Origin: Abditibacterium sp.
GTDB lineage: Bacteria > Armatimonadota > Abditibacteriia > Abditibacteriales > Abditibacteriaceae
Direction: 5' to 3'
DNA: 64,000 bases
Assembly: GCA_965246885.1 (NCBI GenBank)
Contig: OZ251992.1
Span: forward strand, 2,720,001 to 2,784,000
Under the pieces are notes generated by a model, which worked only from the letters and a program-made list of their open reading frames with translations, did not search any database and was not told the DNA's origin. Below are positions 57,116 through 64,000 of the stretch, piece after piece. Within the stretch, counting starts at the first letter, position 1, and every line of letters begins with the position of its first letter. The translations under genes were made by a program, and so were the position numbers.

Positions 57116-57282
57116 GCCGTTGGCCCAACCCGGCCAACGGCTCACGCAACCGCGCGAACGGCTCACGCAACCGCGCGAACGGCTCACGCAGGTGCGCGAG
57201 TCGTTCATTTAGTTGCGCGAGCCACAAAATTAGCTGCGCGAGTGACTCACGTAGCCGCGCGGACGGCTCACGCGGGAAGCTG
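57115..57282. repeat. degenerate 21-bp-period tandem array 6 (8 units)
   Basis: aacggctcacgca at 57136, 57157 and 57178. Variant units at 57115, 57199, 57220, 57241 and 57262. Confidence 0.9.
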
Positions 57283-57325
57283 AGCCGTTCTCCATTTGGC
57301 CAAATCGCGGCATTAAGGCCGGGAA

Positions 57326-57931
57326 ATGGAGTTCTTTTTCCGCCATCTCACCTCCACGTCCATTGGTCTTGCGCCCGTTGGCAACCTTTTGTGTGACGCG
57401 GTGCTGGCTCTCTTCCTCGCCTACTGCGCATTCACCGATGGCACGCGCGGCAAGATTCTCAACCATGCCACTTTCCCCGCGATGGGCGTGGGGCTGTTGC
57501 TGCACTTGGTTTTCGGCGGCGGCACCGGCTTCGGGTGGGCGCTGTTGGGTTTGGGAGTGGGATTGACGATTCAGTTCGTGCCTTGGCGCCTCAATCTCGC
57601 CAAAGCGGGGGATGTCAAATTGCTTATGGCCGTTGGCGCACTCAAGGGCTGGGCGTTTTGCGTGTTCGGTTTTTTGTATGGCGCCGCCGCCTTTGGGGTT
57701 CTGATATTGCCTTGGCTGGCGCGGCGCGGGGAGTTGGGCGCGGTTGGACGCAACATCAAGAACTACGCGCACCTCGCGCTCGTCACGCACACCGCCGATG
57801 CCCCGGCGCCCGTCGTGACGAAGAAGTTCGTGCCTTGGGGCGTGGGGCTTTCGATTGGGTTCGGCATCGCCCTCGCGTTGGAGTTGATACTAAAGCAGCC
57901 GATTTGGTGGAGTTGGACGCTTCCCTCCTAA
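57326..57931 (+). CDS. A24 family prepilin peptidase (CpaA/TadV-like)
   Basis: Two catalytic Asp motifs (FTDG..GKILN, AGDVKL), multiple TMs and VPWGVG. Confidence 0.88.
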   Translation: MEFFFRHLTSTSIGLAPVGNLLCDAVLALFLAYCAFTDGTRGKILNHATFPAMGVGLLLHLVFGGGTGFGWALLGLGVGLTIQFVPWRLNLAKAGDVKLLMAVGALKGWAFCVFGFLYGAAAFGVLILPWLARRGELGAVGRNIKNYAHLALVTHTADAPAPVVTKKFVPWGVGLSIGFGIALALELILKQPIWWSWTLPS

Positions 57932-57958
57932 GTTTTCTGGCCGCACGCGGCCCTTGCA

Positions 57959-59665
57959 ATGCAAGCCATCATTCTCGCCGGAGGCATGGGCACGCGGCTT
58001 CGCCCCCTCACTTACACGCTCCCCAAGCCGATGCTCCCCGTCGCGGGGCGGCCCGCTTTGGCACATCTGGTCGAGGCGCTCGCCTTGGCAGGGTGCCGCG
58101 AGGTCATCATCACCACCAACTACCTCGCCGAGAGCGTGGAGCTTGGCCTATCACGCCTCAACTTGCCCATCCCCGTCGCGTGCGTAAAAGAAGACAAGCC
58201 TCTTGGCACCGCCGGTTGCGTGGCGAACCTCTTCGACCGCTTGGACGACCGCTTCCTCATTATCCAAGGCGACGCGGTGTCGGACATAGATTACGCCGCG
58301 TTTTGGGCCTCGCACGCCGCGCAGGAAGCGGACGTGTCCATCGCCGTGATGCGCGTCGCCGACACGCGCGAGTTCGGCGTGTGCGACGTGGACAGCACGG
58401 GCCGCATCCGCCGCTTTCAAGAAAAGCCGCGCCCCGAAGAAGCGTTCTCTGACCTCGCCTCGTCGGGCATCTACGTCCTCGAAAAGCGCCTGTTTGAAAA
58501 CGTGCCGCGCGGCGTCCCCTTCGATTTCGCGCGCGGCTTGTTCCCCGACCTGATGGGCGCGGGCGCCCATTTTCAGGCATGGCGTATGAACGGCTTTTGG
58601 CTCGACATCGGCAAGAACGAAACGTATGTCGAAGGCAATCTCAAGCTCATCGAAGGCAAGACCGCCATCGCGCCGGATGCGCACATCGCGCCCGGAGCCA
58701 CTTTGGTAGCTCCCTACTCCATTGGCGCGAGCGCCAGAATCGGGAGTGGCGCGCGCGTGGGGCCGGGCGCCGTCGTGGGCGCGCGCACCGTTGTGGGCGA
58801 GGGCGCGCACGTCGAGAAGTCCGTGCTGTTTGACGACGTGTCAGTCGGGCCGGAAGCGCAGTTGTCGGGCTGTATACTCGCTACGCGAGTTCGGGTGGGC
58901 CGCGCCGCGCGCGTCGAAGCGGGCGCCGTTGTGGGCGAGGGCTGCGATGTCGGAGCGGGCGCCATCGTCTCGACCGGCACGCGGCTCGGCCCGCACACCC
59001 CGCTTGCTGCGGGCGCGTTCTTGGAGGGCGTGTTGGAGCCGCGCGCTTCCAAATTGGGAGCTTTGGTGCGCGTCTTGGAAGCGGGCGCCACGCTCGACGC
59101 CCGCACGCTCGACGAGCGCGAAGCCTACGCGACACTCGCCGAAGGCGGCGGTTGGGGCGCCCGCGAAGTCGCCGATGCCACCAACCTCCCGCTTTACCGC
59201 GTGTTGGCAGCGCTGCACGGATTGGAGCGCGCCGAACTTGTCGTTTCCAACGCCTCGCACCCACCGATGTATCTGTTAGCTGGCGCCGAGCACGCCCTAC
59301 CGCGCCGCTTGCTCATCGTTCACCCGACCGAAGTGGGCCGCGAAACGCTGCGCGCCGCGTTTACCGCCGATGGTCATTCCGTGCGCGTCGCGTGCGACGG
59401 CATTGAGGCCGTCGAAGCCGTGCGCGACGAACGCTTTGACGCCATCCTGATGAACGCCGACCTGCCGTCGTTGGGCGGCTGGGACGCGACGCGCCTCATT
59501 CGCGGCATGGCCAATGGCCGCACCGTCGCCGTCATCATGTTCTCCTCCCACCCCGGCGCCGACGACCAAACCCGCGCCCAAGAAATCGGCGCTACGGGCA
59601 TCCTCTCGGCAACGGAACTCCCCGAATCCGTGCTGCCGCAAGTGATGGAATTGCTGGAACGGTAG
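57959..59665 (+). CDS. NDP-sugar pyrophosphorylase (ManC/GCD1-like) with LbH, HTH and pseudo-receiver domains
   Basis: LAGGMGTRLRPLT..PKPM, FQEKP, WLDIG, hexapeptide repeats, AREVADATNLPLYRV HTH and a REC-like C-terminus. Confidence 0.88.
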   Translation: MQAIILAGGMGTRLRPLTYTLPKPMLPVAGRPALAHLVEALALAGCREVIITTNYLAESVELGLSRLNLPIPVACVKEDKPLGTAGCVANLFDRLDDRFLIIQGDAVSDIDYAAFWASHAAQEADVSIAVMRVADTREFGVCDVDSTGRIRRFQEKPRPEEAFSDLASSGIYVLEKRLFENVPRGVPFDFARGLFPDLMGAGAHFQAWRMNGFWLDIGKNETYVEGNLKLIEGKTAIAPDAHIAPGATLVAPYSIGASARIGSGARVGPGAVVGARTVVGEGAHVEKSVLFDDVSVGPEAQLSGCILATRVRVGRAARVEAGAVVGEGCDVGAGAIVSTGTRLGPHTPLAAGAFLEGVLEPRASKLGALVRVLEAGATLDARTLDEREAYATLAEGGGWGAREVADATNLPLYRVLAALHGLERAELVVSNASHPPMYLLAGAEHALPRRLLIVHPTEVGRETLRAAFTADGHSVRVACDGIEAVEAVRDERFDAILMNADLPSLGGWDATRLIRGMANGRTVAVIMFSSHPGADDQTRAQEIGATGILSATELPESVLPQVMELLER

Positions 59666-59683
59666 AAGACTGGGCGCGTGCTG

Positions 59684-60382
59684 TCATTGGGCCGCCGCGA
59701 ACTTCAGCCCGTTCCAGCGCAGGACTTCTTCATGACTGCTCTGCGAGGTGCCATACGACACCCGCACTTGAAACACCCCATCGCCCCCACGCTCGAAGCG
59801 CGCGCCCTTAAAGTCGTAATCCGAACTTTGATCCGTACCATAGCCGAACGCTTGCACAGCCGCAGCCTTCCTCCAACCGTTGGGGAAGACAACATACACC
59901 CAATCGCCATAGTCCCCATACATCCCGTCGCCGTAGCAGTTGAGGCGGAGCATGGGCGCGGACTTCTTCTTCTCATCGAGCCACAAAAAGCTGGCCCCAA
60001 ACTTTATGGGAGCGTAATGTTCGTGACTTTCATAGCTTACGTCAGCCGAGTTCAAGAGACGCCACTGCTTCCTCCCCTTCGCACGCTCCCATACATCTAA
60101 ATGGAAAGGCTGGACAATGAAACGGTGGTTAATGTCTCTGGCGGCGTCTTTATCCGGTTGGGAATAGAGGTGAATGGCCCGTTCCGTCTGGCCTTTGAGA
60201 TGAACGATCCCGAAGAACAAGGAGTTAAAGGGCTTATGAGCGCCCGCAAGAATGGAAGCAGGAACCGCACGCACGTAGGGAATCGGCGTTGCAACGGCTT
60301 CCGGTAGCTTGTTGGCGTTCTGCGCGCCCGCGCTTACGGCGCTCAGCGCGAGCATTAAAACGAAACACAAGTTCTTCAGCAT
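59684..60382 (-). CDS. secreted hypothetical protein
   Basis: Signal peptide (AGA-Q) and AT-richer codons. Confidence 0.75.
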   Translation of the reverse strand: MLKNLCFVLMLALSAVSAGAQNANKLPEAVATPIPYVRAVPASILAGAHKPFNSLFFGIVHLKGQTERAIHLYSQPDKDAARDINHRFIVQPFHLDVWERAKGRKQWRLLNSADVSYESHEHYAPIKFGASFLWLDEKKKSAPMLRLNCYGDGMYGDYGDWVYVVFPNGWRKAAAVQAFGYGTDQSSDYDFKGARFERGGDGVFQVRVSYGTSQSSHEEVLRWNGLKFAAAQ

Positions 60383-60394
60383 GGAGAAATAAGA

Positions 60395-60424
60395 AAAGCC
60401 CGCAGCGTTTCCGTTGCGGGCTTT
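60395..60424 (-). terminator. terminator after secA
   Basis: aaagcccgcagcg/cgttgcgggcttt. Confidence 0.8.
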
Positions 60425-60430
60425 GTTGGT

Positions 60431-63400
60431 TTAGTTCTTTCCCTGCGCGCGCCGTTGGGCGCGGTTGAGGGATTCGCGGTTGATGGCGGCGGGGGCGTGG
60501 ACTTGGATGTTGCCTTCGCCGCTCCCGTCATCGGTGGTATCGAGTTGGACGCCGTCGTCTACGCCGTCGTCGTAGGGCAGCATTTGCAGGAGGCGGCCTT
60601 CTTCGAGTTCGGAGTAGTCCATCGTCGGGTCTTCGTTCTCGAAGTCGGGCAGGTCGTAGGCGAAGATGCGCTCGGTCACTTCGCGGCGGATTTCGCCGAG
60701 CATCTTCTGGAAGAGCGCGAAGCCCTCTTGCCGGTAGACGCCGATGGGTTCTTTTTGCGCGTAGCCCTGTTGCCAGATGGCGTCGCGCAAGTAGTCCATT
60801 TCGGCTAAATGTTCCGTCCAGTGTGAGTCAATGGACTTCATGACCTGCCAGCGTTCGAGGCCGCGCACTTGATCCGTCCCGACGGTGTTCTCGCGCTCCT
60901 CATACAGCTTCTCGACCGCTTCCGAAAGGGTGCGTCCGTCGGCCAAGATGAAGTCGTATTCCTCGGCGCCGATGGTGCCGCCCGCGCGCTCTTGCCATGT
61001 CGCGCCTTCGAGGTCGTCCTCTTTGAGTTGGGAGCGCACGGCGGTGAGGCCGAACAAGCGGCCCAAGCCGATCCACAGTTTGTGCGTGTCCCACTCGTCG
61101 GGGCGCACGTCGCGCGGGCAGTGCTTTTGGGCTTCGGCGAGCGCGGCTTTGCCAGCCATATCCAGAACCGTGTCGCGGATGTCCTCTCCCTGCAAAGCGC
61201 GGCGGCGTTCGCGGTAGATGACCTCGCGCTGCACGTTCATTACGTCGTCGTATTGAAGCGTCTGCTTGCGGCCCTCGAAGTGGTTTAGCTCGACCTTCTT
61301 TTGCGCGCGCGCAATGGACGCGGTAATCATCTTCGCTTCGACGGGTTCGTCCTCGTCCCAGCCGCCGAGCAAGAAGCCGCCGCGCGCGCCGAACAAGCGC
61401 CACAGTTCGTCATCGAGCGAGATGTAAAAGCGCGAAGTGCCCGGATCGCCTTGGCGTCCGGCGCGACCGCGCAACTGGTTGTCAATGCGGCGCGACTCGT
61501 GCCGCTCCGTGCCGATGATGTGCAAGCCGCCGTGCCCGGTCACTTCGTCGCGCTCCGATGTGTGCGCGATGTCTTCGGGGCGCGCTTCCGATTCGAGAAC
61601 GATGTCCGCGCTTTGCCCCGCGACGCCGGTTTCGATGCGCACGATACCCGACTCCTCGGCACTCGCCAAGGCCGTCGCGTCCGCTTCGGTTGGCGCGGCG
61701 GGCAAGGCGGGCGTTTCGCCTACCACGCTCGCCAGCCACTTCTCGTCGGTGAAGTGCGCCACCCAAGGCGCCACGTTTTGCAGAGCGCCAAAAACTTGCT
61801 CCGGCTCTGACCCAAACTCGCGCGCGGCGGATTGCACGACGGGTTTGATGGCGTCCAGCATGCGCGCGAGCGTGGTGCGATAAACGACAACATCTATCGG
61901 TTGCACCGATTCGACGCCATTCTCGTCTTGGACTTGCGCCATCATCTGCGCTTGGAAGGCGTCGTTTTCGCCGATGAGCGCGAGGTTGGTGAGTTCTCCG
62001 TGCAGCCACTGCGGTTCGAGGAACGGCTGTTGCCCCATCATCTGCGCCATTTCGCCCAGAAGGACGAGGTTGGGCATTTCGGCGGCGATGAACTCGCGGC
62101 GCCGTTCAGGCAAGGCCCAGCCCTTCACCTTCAGGCCGACCATCTTCGGGTTCAGACGCAGATGCACGTTCATCTGGTCTTGCAACGCCATCTGCATCTC
62201 TTCGGTTCCCTCGAACGGCGAAGCGTTGGCGACGACGCCCCACTCGCTCAGCCGCGCGCGGAGCCACGCGGCGCCGGGGAAGCTGGTGCCCTGCGCGGCG
62301 AGTTCTTCCTCCGACAGTTCGGGGTTGGCCTCGCGCAGTTGCTTCTGAAACAGTGCGCCCATTGCGCGCGCAATGGCCCACTCGTTGGTTTCGATGGTTT
62401 CTTTGTCGAGGTCGCCCAAGCGGTCGCGCGCCGCGTCGGAGTTGGGCACGTTCAGTTCGGTTAAACGTGCCGTCACCCACGCGGGCGTCACGACTTCCAG
62501 ATTGGCGGCGAGCGTGTCGGGCTTGAGGCCCGCGCCGGAGACAATCAGTTCAAGCAGTTGCTTGTCCAAGTCGGGCAGTTGCGGCAGCACTTCGAGCAAT
62601 CGCTCGCACGCTTGCGCCGAGAACGCGAGGGGTTGGGCGAGCGCCATCATGAGGGCCAACTGTTCGCCGGTGCGCCCCATGTCGTTGCCTTGCGAGTCGG
62701 CGGAGCCAAAATCTTGCGCGGGCAAGCCGTTTTGGATGTGCGCGGCGACTTCCATCTGGTCGTAATCGCGGCCCATCAGGGTGCCCAGTTGCTGCGTGAA
62801 CGCGGGCAGAATCTCGCCCGATGTCGGCGCGGCGTCAACGGGTAGCTTATCCAACAAGTTGAAGCGGCGCGCGCGCGAACGGACGCGGTTGGCAAAGTCC
62901 GGCGCCGTCAGATCGGAGCCAAGCGCGTCGCGGATTTCCTTGGCGGCTTGGCCCGTTAGAGCTTTGGCGCGCTCCATTTCGTCCACTTCGCGGCTCAAAG
63001 TCGTGGCCCATGCCAGCATTTGCAAGGCATCGGGCGAAAGGCGCGACACCATCTTTTGCGTCGCTTCGCCGTTGCGCGAGCGGACGTGAACGCCCTTGCC
63101 CTCGACTTGGCGGGCGAGGGTTTGCATCGTGATGACGCGCCAGCGCGACTCGCCATCGAGCGAGCCGCCGAGGATGATGTCCACGCCGCGTCCGGCCATG
63201 TTGGTGGCGATGGTAACGGCGCCGGGGCGCGCGGCTTCGGCGATGATGCGCGCCTCGTTGCGGTGGTTTTTGGCGTTGAGGACGTTGTGCGGCAGACCCT
63301 GCTTGAGCGCCGTCGTCAGCAGTTCGCGGTCGGGCGTGCCGAGCGTGAACGCCGCGAGCATAGCGTCGAGGTTCTCGCTCGCTGTCGGGTCGGGGTTGAG

Positions 63401-64000
63401 GCCCAACTGCTTCGCCAGTCCCTTGACTTGCACCGGGTTAATGCCCAGAATCGGCCCGCGCAAGAAGCCGATTAGCTGCGCTTTGTCCGCTTCGGGCACC
63501 GTCTTGTCGCCGTTGAGCCGCTCCTTGATGAGGTGCGACAGCACTAAGGTTTGCAGGCTCGCCGCGCTCAAACGCCGCGCCATCTGCTCGCTCATCTCAA
63601 CCGAGCGCGTGCCCACAAGGACGGGTTGCCCCGCGCAGTGATGCTCCAGCACGTCGAAGGTAATCGCGCGCCACTTCGCTTCCGCCGTCTTGTAAACCAC
63701 GTCGGGCGCGTCTTTGCGGCGGACTTGCTTGTTGGTCGGCACGGTCACGACTTCCATGCCGTAGGTCTTGGCGAACTCGGTTTCCTCGGTTTTGGCGGTT
63801 CCGGTCAGGCCAGAAATCTTGTTGTAAAGCCGGAAGTAGTTCTGAATCGTGATGGTCGCCACCGTTTGGGATTCGATTTGCACTTCGAGGTCGTGCTTGG
63901 CTTCGAGCGCCTCGTGCAAGCCTTCCGAAAAGCGGCGGCCCGGCATGGTGCGGCCCGTGAACTCGTCCACGATGACGATGCCCTGCTTGCCCGACTCCTC
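60431..64000 (-). CDS. secA: preprotein translocase SecA (5'-truncated by the window) with large NBD2 insertions
   Basis: [40 protein letters not shown] and [25 protein letters not shown] motifs. Frame open to the window edge. Confidence 0.97.
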   Translation of the reverse strand, partial: EESGKQGIVIVDEFTGRTMPGRRFSEGLHEALEAKHDLEVQIESQTVATITIQNYFRLYNKISGLTGTAKTEETEFAKTYGMEVVTVPTNKQVRRKDAPDVVYKTAEAKWRAITFDVLEHHCAGQPVLVGTRSVEMSEQMARRLSAASLQTLVLSHLIKERLNGDKTVPEADKAQLIGFLRGPILGINPVQVKGLAKQLGLNPDPTASENLDAMLAAFTLGTPDRELLTTALKQGLPHNVLNAKNHRNEARIIAEAARPGAVTIATNMAGRGVDIILGGSLDGESRWRVITMQTLARQVEGKGVHVRSRNGEATQKMVSRLSPDALQMLAWATTLSREVDEMERAKALTGQAAKEIRDALGSDLTAPDFANRVRSRARRFNLLDKLPVDAAPTSGEILPAFTQQLGTLMGRDYDQMEVAAHIQNGLPAQDFGSADSQGNDMGRTGEQLALMMALAQPLAFSAQACERLLEVLPQLPDLDKQLLELIVSGAGLKPDTLAANLEVVTPAWVTARLTELNVPNSDAARDRLGDLDKETIETNEWAIARAMGALFQKQLREANPELSEEELAAQGTSFPGAAWLRARLSEWGVVANASPFEGTEEMQMALQDQMNVHLRLNPKMVGLKVKGWALPERRREFIAAEMPNLVLLGEMAQMMGQQPFLEPQWLHGELTNLALIGENDAFQAQMMAQVQDENGVESVQPIDVVVYRTTLARMLDAIKPVVQSAAREFGSEPEQVFGALQNVAPWVAHFTDEKWLASVVGETPALPAAPTEADATALASAEESGIVRIETGVAGQSADIVLESEARPEDIAHTSERDEVTGHGGLHIIGTERHESRRIDNQLRGRAGRQGDPGTSRFYISLDDELWRLFGARGGFLLGGWDEDEPVEAKMITASIARAQKKVELNHFEGRKQTLQYDDVMNVQREVIYRERRRALQGEDIRDTVLDMAGKAALAEAQKHCPRDVRPDEWDTHKLWIGLGRLFGLTAVRSQLKEDDLEGATWQERAGGTIGAEEYDFILADGRTLSEAVEKLYEERENTVGTDQVRGLERWQVMKSIDSHWTEHLAEMDYLRDAIWQQGYAQKEPIGVYRQEGFALFQKMLGEIRREVTERIFAYDLPDFENEDPTMDYSELEEGRLLQMLPYDDGVDDGVQLDTTDDGSGEGNIQVHAPAAINRESLNRAQRRAQGKN

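Overview
GC-rich bacterial chromosomal segment. Gene content and style suggest an Armatimonadota/Abditibacteriota-like organism, which is inference only. Housekeeping and metabolic genes: map, pyc, mqo, clpX, DAHP synthase, GH13, glgA, purE, crtB/crtI, an F-type ATP synthase operon (atpZ-I-B-E-F-H-A-G, no atpD/atpC), three tRNAs and the 3' part of secA. The most unusual signals are: (1) six intergenic arrays of degenerate 21-bp-period tandem repeats spread through the window; (2) a hicAB toxin-antitoxin pair inserted between atpA and atpG and translationally coupled to atpA; (3) an NDP-sugar pyrophosphorylase fused to an HTH and a pseudo-receiver domain; (4) a SecA with a ~540-aa insert containing a degenerate second copy of part of NBD2; (5) an in-frame DAHP synthase-VOC fusion; (6) an AT-richer pair of secreted-protein genes with an 8-bp SSR in the signal-peptide region and a duplicated gene-start remnant; (7) a FabF-methyltransferase-FAD oxidoreductase cluster without a type III PKS. 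No CRISPR array, integrase or transposase was recognised. All family calls come from motif reading, not database searches.
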